Of a stretch of 64,000 bases of DNA, positions 13,501-25,500 are shown in pieces. The position numbers and the translations under genes were made by a program. The stretch covers positions 5,022,001 to 5,086,000 of the forward strand of contig NW_025963957.1 of NCBI RefSeq assembly GCF_023055435.1, read 5' to 3'. The notes below the pieces were generated by a model. It did no database searches. It was not told where the DNA came from and saw only the letters and a program-made list of their open reading frames with translations. Numbering within the stretch: position 1 is the first letter of the stretch; the number at the start of each line of letters is the position of its first letter. This stretch comes from Haliotis rufescens. Lineage: Eukaryota.

Positions 13501-16500
13501 TGCTACCACTTCAACACTGCTGCTACCACCTCGTTACACACCTGATATACCAGACCCCTCTAAGACCACTGCTTCCTTGCTACCACTTCAACACTGCTGC
13601 TACCACCTCGTTAAACACCTGATATACCAGACCCCTCTAAGACCACTGCTTCCTTGCTACCACTTCCACACTGCTGCTACCACCTCGTTAAACACCTGAT
13701 ATACCAGACCCCTCTAAGACCACTGCTTCCTTGCTACCACTTCAACACTGCTGCTACCACCTCGTTACACACCTGATATACCAGGCCCTCTAAGACCACT
13801 ACTTCCTTGCTACCACTTCAACACTGCTGCTACCACCGCGTTAAACACCTGATATACCAGACCCTCTAAGACAACTACTTCCATGCTACAACTTCAACAC
13901 TGCTGCTACCACCGCGTTAAACACCTGATATACCAGACCCTCTAAGACCACTACTTCCTTGCTACCACTTCAACACTGCTGCTACCACCTCGTTACACAC
14001 CTGATATACCAGGCCCTCTAAGACCACTACTTCCTTGCTACCACTTCAACACTGCTGCTACCACCTCGTTACACACCTGATATACCAGGCCCTCTAAGAC
14101 CACTACTTCCTTGCTACCACTTCAACACTGCTGCTACCACCGCGTTAAACACCTGATATACCAGGCCCTCTAAGACCACTGCTTCCTTGCTACCACTTCA
14201 ACACTGCTGTTACCACCTCGTTACACACCTGATATACCAGACCCTCTAAGACCACTACTTCCTTGCTACCACTTCAACACTGCTGCTACCACCTCGTTAC
14301 ACACCTGATATACCAGGCCCTCTAAGACCACTACTTCCTTGCTACCACTTCAACACTGCTGCTACCACCTCGTTACACACCTGATATACCAGGCCCTCTA
14401 AGACCACTACTTCCTTGCTACCACTTCAACACTGCTGCTACCACCTCGTTAAACACCTGATATACCAGGCCCTCTAAGACCACTGCTTCCTTGCTACCAC
14501 TTCAACACTGCTGTTACCACCTCGTTACACACCTGATATACCAGACCCTCTAAGACCACTACTTCCTTGCTACCACTTCAACACTGCTGCTACCACCGCG
14601 TTAAACACCTGATATACCAGACCCTCTAAGACCACTACTTCCTTGCTACCACTTCAACACTGCTGCTACCACCTCGTTACACACCTGATATACCAGGCCC
14701 TCTAAGACCACTACTTCCTTGCTACCACTTCAACACTGCTGCTACCACCTCGTTACACACCTGATATACCAGACCCTCTAAGACCACTACTTCCTTGCTA
14801 CCACTTCAACACTGCTGCTACCACCTCGTTAAACACCTGATATACCAGACCCCTCTAAGACCACTGCTTGCTTGCTACCACTTTGACACTGCTGCTACCA
14901 CCTCGTTAAACACCTGATATACCAGACCCTCTAAGACCACTGCTTGCTTGCTACCACTTCAACACTGCTGCTACCACCTCGTTACACACCTGATATACCA
15001 GACCCCTCTAAGACCACTGCTTGCTTGCTACCACTTCAACACTGCTGCTACCACCTCGTTACACACCTGATATACCAGACCCTCTAAGACCACTACTTCC
15101 ATGCTACCACTTCCACACTGCTGCTACCACCTCGTTAAACACCTGATATACCAGACCCTCTAAGACCACTACTTCCTTGCTACCACTTCAACACTGCTGC
15201 TACCACCGCGTTAAACACCTGATATACCAGGCCCCTCTAAGACCACTGCTTCCTTGCTACCACTTCAACACTGCTGCTACCACCTCGTTAAACACCTGAT
15301 ATACCAGGCCCTCTAAGACCACTACTTCCATGCTACCACTTCAACACTGCTGCTACCACCTCGTTACACACCTGATATACCAGACCCTCTAAGACCACTG
15401 CTTCCACACTACCACTTCAACACTGCTGCTACCACCTCGTTACACACCTGATATACCAGGCCCTCTAAGACCACTGATTCCATGCTACCACTTCAACACT
15501 GCTGCTACCACCTCATTACACACCTGATATACCAGACCCCTCTAAGACCACTGCTTCCTTGCTACCACTTCAACACTGCTGCTACCACCTCGTTACACAC
15601 CTGATATACCAGACCCCTCTAAGACCACTGCTTCCTTGCTACCACTTCAACACTGCTACTACCACCTCTTTACATAAACATAAAACATAAACGCTAGATA
15701 ATAACCAGTCTCGATTAGCCGCTAACACAGATTCTATTTGGCATAAAAGGCAAAATAACAGTGAAAATTATATCAATGGATCTCTGAAAATCAGTGATGA
15801 CACCAGGTGTTCCCGAAAATGGTAATCATGTCCCGTCCTATGGGTAGCGCCCGCCACACACAATTTGCACAATAGGTGAGTGATTGTGTGTTGCCTTACC
15901 TGCACAACAGTACTCTCGACCCGAGAGTAAACCCGACAAGGGGAGACAACTCCAATCTTCACTTCGAGAACTTGTGTTGAAGTCTTGGAAGAGACAAACC
16001 TAAATCTCTTTAAAATCAGATCTGGTAATGTTTTTGTTCCTTTTACAAATGCTTAATCCAGAACTTTGTCAACATTTTTCAAGCGTAGTCAGAAATGGAA
16101 GTGGCCATTTAGAAACCATTGCCGTAAAGCTCTCTCGAGAGCTGATTTCTGATTGGGTAATGTCGATTTCTTGTTTGTTATTAATTTGGTTGGTCAACGT
16201 GTGGTCGTTCTGACCCATAATGGGATGTCCCCAGATCTTTGTTTAGCGGTAGTCAGAACTAAGATCTGATTGTAATGAGATTGAGAGAAAACGACATGTC
16301 GATTGTGTGGCATATATCCGTCAAAATTCCTCAGGTATGAGACATGAACACCCGAGTCGCTGCTTTCGACCCGTAATATCCCTAGTACATACGCAGTGGA
16401 CAGGGTCTCGTAAAGTTACCGAGTGAAAATAAACATCTGATGCATCAAGGGGCCACGGGTGGCCAAGTCGCTGTGCAGAGTTGCATCCCTTTGGCACACC

Positions 16501-16935
16501 AGAAACCTATGATTGTGGGTTCGAATCCCGGTTCGCCCCGATATATCTAAGTTTGTCAGCACCATACCCGTGCTCGTGGGGTTCACCGAAGTGGTAAACG
16601 TCTGAGACCTGCATCACTTTGGGCTTTCCTCCCACTTTAAGCTGACGCGCCTTGATAGAACTGGAATACTATTAAAAGCGGTGTTAAACCCAACTCAATC
16701 ACTCACTCTGATGCATCAAAACGATCTCCATGTTACAGGTGACCTTGACCTTGACGTGTTCGTGGAGTACGTGAAGCAGCAGACTCCGATAGTCCAGGGG
16801 GAGGAGGAACGCATGATGTTCGTCAACTCCTACCCCCCTTGTCCCCCTACCGCAGCTGGGATGTCTCTCCACACGGTCACCACAGCCCTCGGTTTACCAT
16901 TGAGTTTATGCCTGTTTATGATGTCACGCGTGTGA
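1431..16935 (+). CDS. NT5E: Ecto-5'-nucleotidase (CD73/NT5E-like), 3' part. Exons 1431-1562, 2693-2812, 3853-4008, 5004-5207, 16739-16935
   Basis: All introns are GT-AG and phase 1. The spliced peptide carries 5'-nucleotidase C-terminal motifs: [54 protein letters not shown]. It ends in a hydrophobic GPI-signal-like tail. Upstream exons lie outside the window, and exact orthology among paralogues is not established. Confidence 0.9.
2693..2812 (+). CDS. NT5E: 5'-nucleotidase exon (NVITDSMV...[11 protein letters not shown])
   Basis: gatag| acceptor, AAG|gtgaga donor, 120 nt. Confidence 0.9.
2796..3398 (+). repeat. 25-bp minisatellite made of exon end plus splice donor
   Basis: Unit atctcctatccccaaag|gtgaaata, about 24 copies, continuous with the NT5E exon end. 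Confidence 0.95.
3853..4008 (+). CDS. NT5E: 5'-nucleotidase exon (GDITIGQV...LPFSN...GAFLQVSG)
   Basis: ctgtag| acceptor, G|gtatgt donor, 156 nt. Confidence 0.92.
4043..4157 (+). mobile_element. tRNA-derived SINE, family A (internally deleted)
   Basis: A box tagtggttaa, B box ggttcgattcc, shared 3' tail gctaaaagcggcgtaaaaccatactcactc. Confidence 0.85.
5004..5207 (+). CDS. NT5E: 5'-nucleotidase exon ([15 protein letters not shown]...GGDFY...HLIG)
   Basis: ccacag| acceptor, G|gtgaga donor, 204 nt. Confidence 0.92.
5830..9740. repeat. 18-bp satellite (gtgtggtgaatgtaacgt) with 860-bp higher-order duplication
   Basis: More than 200 units; degenerate lead-in from about 5250; variant pattern at 5921 recurs at 6781. 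Confidence 0.98.
10518..10593. repeat. (TTA)n + (GAT)n microsatellite
   Basis: Seen directly. Confidence 0.95.
10594..11517 (-). mobile_element. 3' remnant of an RLE-endonuclease non-LTR retrotransposon (R4/Dong-like), degenerate
   Basis: Minus-strand fragments PLHRVY...[26 protein letters not shown]...KRHD (CCHC region), IYIIEFSDP...EKHGKYVDL...LPIVLGAVG (PD-D/ExK-type RLE); several stops; cut off by the assembly gap. Confidence 0.78.
11518..11647. other. Assembly gap (130 N)
   Basis: Run of N. Confidence 1.
12241..15673. repeat. 76-bp minisatellite
   Basis: acacctgatataccagaccctctaagaccactacttccatgctaccacttcaacactgctgctaccacctcgttac, about 45 copies. Confidence 0.98.
16449..16706 (+). 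mobile_element. tRNA-derived SINE, family B
   Basis: B box ggttcgaatcc, ctttcctcccac core, (ACTC)n tail, 13-bp TSD tctgatgcatcaa. Confidence 0.9.
16739..16935 (+). CDS. NT5E: 5'-nucleotidase last exon with GPI-anchor-like C-terminus
   Basis: ttacag| acceptor in phase; [15 protein letters not shown]...GEEERM then a hydrophobic tail and TGA; AATAAA at 17003-17008. Confidence 0.85.
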
Positions 16936-17002
16936 TGATGTGGTTACGGTTGTGTACATTTTTACTGATTGTTTTTCATTTGTTACAATGTACAAGAATA
17001 AG

Positions 17003-17008
17003 AATAAA
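17003..17008 (+). terminator. Putative polyadenylation signal of the 5'-nucleotidase
   Basis: AATAAA about 70 nt after the stop codon, followed by T/GT-rich sequence. Confidence 0.5.
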
Positions 17009-17556
17009 TGGAAAATACTCTGATTGTATTGTTTTCTTTCAATGGCCAAACAACATCTTTAAAGCACTTTGTGTTTCCATATACTTGTTTACATCCCATA
17101 GTACGGGTTGGTTGGCTCAGTCATGCTGTGCTGAGTTGCGTCCCTTAGGTGTGCCAGCAACCAATGATCATGGTTTCGAACTCCAGATTCGCCCTGATTT
17201 ATCACGAGAAAGGCCCAGACAGGGAATGATGAGTGAGAGATAAGAGAGGCACGCCCTACTCCGCTTATATACAGCCTAACTGGCTACTGGAAATTTCCAC
17301 ACAGTGCAATCACAACATATAGAATATTCAACATGTTTCTATAACGCTCTATCTCAATCCGCGGTATTCCAGAAGTTTAAACATAACACTAGCATCTAAA
17401 GATTGTAACTCCCTCAAAACTGCTTACACCAAACAGTACTTCATTCCTGACTACTAATCACTGTCCAAACACAATGCAGTGAGCTTCTACCGAATCTCAA
17501 CAGAAACAATGTAATACAGTTACAATCATCGTTTAACAATAAATACAGTCTGCCAT

Positions 17557-17560
<4 letters not shown>

Positions 17561-17596
<36 letters not shown>
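17561..17596. repeat. (CA)n microsatellite
   Basis: Seen directly. Confidence 0.95.
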
Positions 17597-17598
<2 letters not shown>

Positions 17599-18644
17599 TG
17601 TATATATGAATATTTTGGACCGCGATCAGTGGGTTCAAATGTCTACAAACTTTTTCTATGCGAAGGTCTTGACCCACTGTGTCCAATCAAGTCATGCCTC
17701 TACGAGCACCAGAACCAAGTGACAATCATTGTCCAATAGTTGATTTAATCTATGAATAGCGAACTGAGGTCAAAGCGGTGCACCGCTTTACCGGAGTCAC
17801 GGTAGTATACATGAAGTCTGCACCGCTTTATCGGAGTCACCGTTGTCCAGATAGTTCAGACTGACGCAATGTTATGGACGGATTTGACCAGACCTGGAAC
17901 GTTCAAAACGGTGCCACAGATGACACATGATGCAATCTGGGCTACGTTTCTGCGACTTGACCAAAGGCTGTCGGTCTTCAACTCCGGTCTTGGGACCAAG
18001 TTTCGGCAGCTGCGACCATGAACGTGGCGCGAAAATGACATTCACTTTGACCGTAGCGGAATATTAAAGAAAAACATGGCCGAATGAGGAACTGACAGTA
18101 GTGTTTGACTGCAGTAATATACACGATTAATTTGATGGTTAGATATGTTCTTTTTTCAGCTGTCTGTCTCAACAATAAATTCTATTTTATGAAAGATTCC
18201 TCCCCGGAAGTGGCACAATATCGAGTATCCTTGATACCATTGTTTGGGGCTGTCAACAGGATCGTGATTGCGGTTATGTGTTTTCATGACCGCATCGCGA
18301 AAACGCTAAACCACGTTTCTGGTCATGACCATTCTTTCTGATCAAGCCCACGAAAACGGCTCCCTGTTTGCTCGAATAAACATATATTCACCCTGATCAC
18401 GAGACACTTTTTGCATAGAAGTACATTTACCTGTGAGTGAATATACCTTTGTTTGACCTCTTCCGGCCATGCACATTTACAAAAGGAGTATCTATTCACA
18501 TATGAAAATGCGTTCACGTGACAAAACTGCTGACCTTAAGTAAATTTACTTGTATTATATCAATACTCACACGAGTAAAGGTCTACATGTGAATAGGTCT
18601 TTATAGACACCTCATTATTAGGTGACATTTTATACCCAGCTGCC

Positions 18645-18757
18645 GGGGAGTGGGGAAGCCTAGTTGTTAAAGCGTTCACTCGTCACGCTGAAGGCTTAGG
18701 TTCGCTTTCCCACATGGGTACAATGTGTGAAGCCCATTTCTGGAGTCCCCCACCGTG
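18645..18757 (+). mobile_element. SINE family A, 3' truncated
   Basis: tRNA-like head and body matching the other copies. Confidence 0.8.
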
Positions 18758-19300
18758 GGATAGATAACACAAATATACAATATTCATTCGAAAATAACCA
18801 GACATGATAGTCATAAATATTGTGAGGTGCACACAACTCCCAAAATGTTTAACAGGGTTTGTAATTTGTGTTTTTAATTATTTTTTAATTTGGCAATCTG
18901 GCGTCAATCTTCAGTCCAATCACGGTTATATAGGTCCGTGGTCCAATTAACCACCAATACACTTTAACTCTTCGAAGAAAACGGGTTTTTTTTTATCAGG
19001 TTTATACAAAATCACATTACTCATATTCACGTTTCAACGCTTCCCAGGGTCCTGAGCTTACTTGTCTCACATTCGCATACATATATCTTGTACATGTTCA
19101 TGTGCCTTTCACGTCTTTTGCGCGCCTCCGTCCGACAGATGCCGATGATAACCGGATAAGGACGAGTTGTTCTGAATGTTCAAGCTCCTCGCAGCGATAG
19201 CCGGTCGGCGGAGCTCTCTATTCTGAGAGTGTAACGAAGGTGTCACGCGCTGGGAAGGAGCTTGGAGCTTGATATGATAGGGGACGTAACTCTGAATCTA

Positions 19301-19326
19301 TTTCCCGTCAAGTAGGGAGCGCCAAA
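19301..19326. promoter_or_regulatory. Putative E2F-type sites in the CpG-rich NUP37 promoter/5' UTR
   Basis: TTTGGCGC on the - strand at 19319-19326 and TTTCCCGT at 19301-19308, 40-65 nt upstream of the ATG. Confidence 0.3.
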
Positions 19327-19366
19327 ACAAATCAGCGGCACATGTGATATATTTTGTTTATAAACT

Positions 19367-19510
19367 ATGGAGGACGGCCGCAGTACTGCATACAGCATCC
19401 CCTGTCACGATGTGGTTCAGTGTGTGGAATTCTCACCCTTCGAGTGGAGCTCGCAGTTACTAGCCGTCGCCACTTCAACTCGAATTTCAATCTTCACTTG
19501 TCGATTTCAG
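19367..19510 (+). CDS. NUP37: NUP37 exon 1
   Basis: ATG...TCRFQ, CAG|gttatc donor. Confidence 0.9.
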
Positions 19511-22500
19511 GTTATCACATTATTGCTTATTTATATCTCTGAGTATCCTAAGTTCGTGACCGTAAACATAAACCGCGAACTAGACAAATATTTTACTATG
19601 TCTATGTTTAGGGCAGATATGAAGTCGAAGAGATATATCCCAATTTACTGAGATGATATTGTTATTACCACAGGACCATATGGAACTAATAATAATAACA
19701 AGAGAACTCGCAGACGACCGAGAAAGTATACATCAAATAAAATCAATGCTTTGTGTTGAGTGAATCCCGTCGGATATTGTCGAGTACCCTATTTTCAAAC
19801 AGCCCTATTTGATTGTGATCTTTGCGTTATAACGAGAGGTGTTATGTCATCAAAGCTGCCGACATGAGAATACACACGTTCAGCCTGTGAAGGGTTCATG
19901 TGAAGTACTGTGCACCTGTCAGAACATTCCGTCATTAATAATTGTGGCGTCTGAGTCACGACGAAAAGAAATGACAAGTATTCATATTTTGTGAATAAGT
20001 TTCAAACGTTTCAATTACTTTTTGAGTTTTAATGTGACGCTTGTGTATGTGTCAGGGTAGTGTTTGTCATCCTGGACATCTCCAGGCTTAGCACTTCGGT
20101 AAACTAACACTAACCCCTGGAGCCACACCTTTGGTTCTGTTGATCTCATATTTTCAGCCATTGATTACTTTTGCTATGTTTTTTCAGTCAATTGATCACT
20201 GTTGAGCCATGGAGATGTAGAGGATGAGAGTATATGTGATGGTTGTGTATATGGCGACAACAGGTGGAGTATGGGTCATGTGATGGTTGTGTAAATGGCG
20301 ACAAGAAGTGGAGTATGGGTCATGTGACGGTTGTGTGTATGGTGACAACAGGTGGAGTAAGGGTCATGTAATGGTTGTGTGTGTATATGGCGACAACAGG
20401 TGGAGTATGGGTCATGTGACGGTTGTGTATGTTTGATGCAGGAGGAGGATGCGACCGTGGATGGAGTTCAGTACTCTCAGATCCATGACTTCCAATCATC
20501 TACCAACACCACAGCGCTCGCCTGGAGCCCTTCCACTTCCCTCAGTATCCTGCCCAAGAACATCAGGTAACACATCAACAGGTCGGGGAGAACCACCGGC
20601 TGTCCGTCGACTTTAGCTGCAGCCCTCTAAGTAGCGACCATTTTGGTTTGCCAAAAGCGACTTAAACCTATGATTAGCAACCTAAATTTGTCTACTGCTC
20701 ACCAGGGTGGTCGGGTAGTCTACTGGTTAAAGCGTTCACTCGTCCTGCTGAAAACTCGGGTTCGAATCCTGACATGGGTACAATATGTGAAGCCCATTTC
20801 TGGTGTCCCCAGCCTTGATATTGCTTGAATATTGCTAAAAGCAGCGTAAAACCATACTCACTCGCTACTGCTCGCCACTACCTAAAAGTAAACATAACTG
20901 GCTACAATATCTGTTTAGGACATTTGTTGTCTCCTAAAAGCTGAAGTTTGGCTCTTAAAATCCTCAAAAAAAAAAAAGAATTTTGAGGGCTATAGCTGAC
21001 ATAAGTCAATGACTAAGTCAGATTAGTGATATAAGAACTTTTCAAAGTGGTGTTAAATCCAACTCTTTGACTCACTCACATATTCTCTTGTATGGGGTCC
21101 AAGCAGACCTCATGTACAGCTTCCAAGTTAGAAACAGGAGATGGATGTTTCAAAATTACCCATGCTCGTGGGTTTCACCAAAGTGGTAAAAGTCTGAGAC
21201 CTGCATCACTTTCGGCTTTCCTCCCACATTAAGCCCACACTCTGTGATATGTGATTTGGAATACTGTTCAAAGCGGCGTTAGACTAAACTTACTCATGCA
21301 CTCACACACTCTTAGTTTTGTGCCTCAGTATGTATTTCACCATGTTCGCCCTGGGTAATTCCTTTATTTGCAGTTTTGTGTGTGCCGGGGAAGACTACAA
21401 GTTGAATCTTTTCCACTCTGATGGCAAAGATAACACCACAGAGCAGGTGAGAAACATTCAGTGCTCCCTACCTTCGTCGTGTTTATTGTGAAATAAGGGA
21501 GGGGTGGGGACACCGGTAGACAGGGGAGTCCACAATTGCAGCAGGTTTGGAAACACTCAGTGCTCCTTACCTTCGTCGTGTTTATTGTGAAATAAGGGAG
21601 GGATGTGGACACCAGTAGACAGGGGAGTCCACAATTGCAGCAGGTTTGGAAACACTCAGTGCTCCTTACCTTTGTCGTGTTTATTGTGAAATAAGGGAGG
21701 GGTGTGGACACCGGTAGACAGGGGAGTCCACAATTGCAGCAGGTTTGGAAACACTCAGTGCTCCTTACCTTCGTCATGTTTATTGTGAAATAAGGGAGGG
21801 GTGTGGACACCAGTAGACAGGGGAGTTCACAATTGCAGCAGGTTTGGAAACACTCAGTGCTCCTTACCTTCGTCATGTTTATTGTGAAATAAGGGAGGGG
21901 TGTGGACACCAGTAGACAGGGGAGTTCACAATTGCAGCAGGTGGGAAACACTCAGCGCTCCTTACCTTCGTCATGTTTATTGTGAAATAAGGGAGGGGTG
22001 TGGACACCAGTAGACAGGGGAGTTCACAATTGCAGCAGGTGGGAAACACTCAGCGCTCCTTACCTTCGTCATGTTTATTGTGAAATAAGGGAGGGGTGTG
22101 GACACCAGTAGACAGGGGAGTTCACAATTGCAGCAGGTGGGAAACACTCAGCGCTCCTTACCTTCGTCATGTTTATTGTGAAATAAGGGAGGGGTGTGGA
22201 CACCAGTAGACAGGGGAGTTCACAATTGCAGCAGGTGGGAAACACTCAGTGCTCCTTACCTTCGTCATGTTTATTGTGAAATAAGGGAGGGGTGTGGACA
22301 CCAGTAGACAGGGGAGTTCACAATTGCAGCAGGTGGGAAACACTCAGCGCTCTTTACCGTTATTGTGAAATAAGGAAGGAGTGTATAAACTGGTAAGCAG
22401 GGCATTGGTTGGCATCAATGGTTGCAGAGTGTGCCACCCTTGCCAAACTAAGGTGGAATAATGTAGTTGTATTTTGGCTGGACTAATGAGTCTATGTATC

Positions 22501-25500
22501 ATGATGCATAATCCAATTAAAATTGCTAACGAAATTGACATCCGGTTCATAAACAACATGGCGACTGTCGTGCAGATTTCTGTCAATTTCAGGATTTGCA
22601 GAGCATCTGTACTATAATGGCATCAACAGATACTTTCCAAATCTAATCATGTTCAAATTGGTCAGTAGGAGGGACATAGAAGGGACATAACTCGTAATAG
22701 CCACTGTTAGCGCTACAGTCGAGCCACAAAATTCCAGCCTAGTTCGGCAAGGTTGGAAACTAGACTTTTATAGTCAGCTACCTCCCATGCCTTGGGAAGA
22801 TGGTGGACCAGTTGAATACAAGTGAACCTGCACAAGTCAAATCTGCTTGTTTGCTGGCATTCTCTCTGTATCATGGTACATATATATCATGACCCCACTA
22901 GTATCTTAATTCGTGTTATTACCTCAGGAGAAATAATCCATCCTTCTTGGTAGTTGTTATGTTATTGTCTTATTCTTCTAGAGACTAGGGTTTTTTTAGT
23001 GTGATTTTATTTTCAAACTGTTGCCAAGATGTCTTTCAATTTACAGACATATTGTGGTCATAATGACTTTGTCAATGCTGTGACCTTTGACCCTGGGGAT
23101 GGGTCAAAGTTTGCCAGTACCAGTGATGACCTGACATGCCGAATATGGTCAACAGAGGGTCAACAGTTGCTGGTGTTCCAGCTGACGTCGCCGGGCATGA
23201 GTGTGTGCTGGCACTCCGAGGAGCCGCTCAAGGTAAGACAAGGCATCAAGTCAAATCAGAGGCAAAATGATTTTTTTCAGTGTTTCTTAAGAAAGAGTGT
23301 GGCTATGTCACCTAATACATACCAGATGCACTTATCTCAGAGCTACAGTTAAGCTGTGTATTTGCGTAAAATACCCCCCAAAAATATTCAAAACCCAATT
23401 ACTTTCAATTAACTTTTGTACAGAAACACATGCATTAAATAAAAAACTCAAATGTATAAAAACAGCATGCGTAAATACCCAGTGAAGCTATTTCAGCATG
23501 CGTTCAAAGGAGCTAATTTCCGAAACACAATTATGAGCTAATTTACTTTCCGAGTCAAGCCTATATCATGTATATATTTAGAACAGTTATATACATCTAA
23601 AACTTTATTTCATTATTTAATTTTTTTTAAAATCTTAAAATGTTCACTAATTTGGGGAAAAACCCAATTGAGTGATGAATAGATGAATGAAATATTGGTT
23701 ACCCAATGAAAAATGTAGTAACCCAAATAAAATAGAAACCCTAGAGTAAAAACTCAATTGTATAAAAAGTTATCTGGAGCTCTGCATATCTACTGTCGTG
23801 CCAGATTCCTAATTTACCTATGGCATATTGGGTGGGGGAACATGATAAATACATCACACCTTTTTATACCTGACTTGTTTTATTCTGTGCAACGGCATTT
23901 CAGAGCTATTTCTTGACCCTTCATCATTCATCAAGTGAATCCTACACAAGCATATAGTTATATATGTACACATGATCATTGATGATGATATTTTTACACA
24001 AGGTAGGAGAAACAAACAAAATAACAATATAATGTATGCAATATTAGAGCTATATGACGGTGGTCTGTAAATAATCGGGTCTGGATTTTGCGTGATATTG
24101 TGCTGACTGAAGTTAATTCATAACTTGTGTGGGAGCCTCAACAGTAATGGCTCAGATTGTTCAATATGTAAAAATAAATCGGCAATAGTGATCATCTGTA
24201 CAAAAGTGCTTCGCTTATGGTTATTTTTATTTTAAATTTATATAGTAAAGTTGTAACTAAAATAAAATGATACTTGAATATATTATTCCTGCGAAAACAA
24301 TAGTTTCAAACAATTCTTCCGATCATTGCTTCAAAATTCTTTGGAGTTATGTTATCAGGTCATTCTAACAGAATCACTGGTAGATTATGAGAAAAAGTGT
24401 GTATAGCTGATTGTTGCTTCCGGCAAATTTTACAAGAAAATACAACCGGTAATCTTAATCTTTGTATATTAAACAATGCCTAGCAGAAAAGGAAATACAA
24501 TTTAAACGGTAAATCATAATGTCTAGAGATGTGTTTTATCTTAAATTTCAAATTTGTATTGTCCAAGTTTGTAATCACCTGCTTGTTTACCTGTATTCGC
24601 TGAAGGAAGACGATGGGATATTTTTCTGTGCATAATACTCAAACATTTTTTCCAAAATACTTAAGCACCTAGAGGGGGGGGGTGCATTATACTTGGGTGT
24701 ACACTAGGGCTGGGACGGGTAACTCAGGTATTGTGTCAGGGGGTTCGTAAGAAGGACCCGGGTACCCAAGGGACTACCCGGGCCCGTGGTTAGTCATGTG
24801 ATATATTGTTTAATGACCAAAACTCACTATAGCTCAGTGGTTACTCTACAAGTCGCTAATGTTCGCATTTCTCTCTGACAATGCACTCATTCCTTTTGAC
24901 TTCAATATGTTTGAGTAAAGATAAAGCTTCAGTCAACTTCAGGGGATCAGGGTGGCCCAGTCGTCTAAGGCACTGCGATTCGCTGTGCAGAGTTGCGTCC
25001 CTTGGGCACGCCAGAAACCTATGATTGTGGGTTCGAATCCCGGTTCGCCCCGATTATGTTTCTAGGTTTGTCAGCACCATACCTGTGCTCGTGGGTTTCA
25101 CCGAAGTGGTAAACGTCTGGGACCTTCATCACTTTGGGCTTTCCTCCCACATTAAGCTGACACGCCGCGATATAACTGGAATACTGTTAAAAGCGGTGTT
25201 AATCCTAACTCACTCACTCAGTCAACTTCAGTGAACGTATGATCTGATCGTTTGATACATGTATCTAAATACTTTTTGCCAGGGCTGTGGTAAAACAATT
25301 CCCAATCAGACATTCATTTTGTTCCCACATTTTGAGACAACAGCGGGTACCCGGGTAGGGTTGGGTAATATGGGGTCGGGTACCTGGGTAGTAAATTTGG
25401 ACTCGTCCCAACCCAAGTGTGCACCCTACTGAAGCAAATATGGTATTTTTGTTGAATTTGATTAGAAATGAATCGATACAACTAAAATATGTACACAATA

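Noticed and set aside
12241-15673. 76-bp array as CRISPR or tRNA cluster
   Set aside because: No spacers, no A/B boxes and no cloverleaf; a plain minisatellite.
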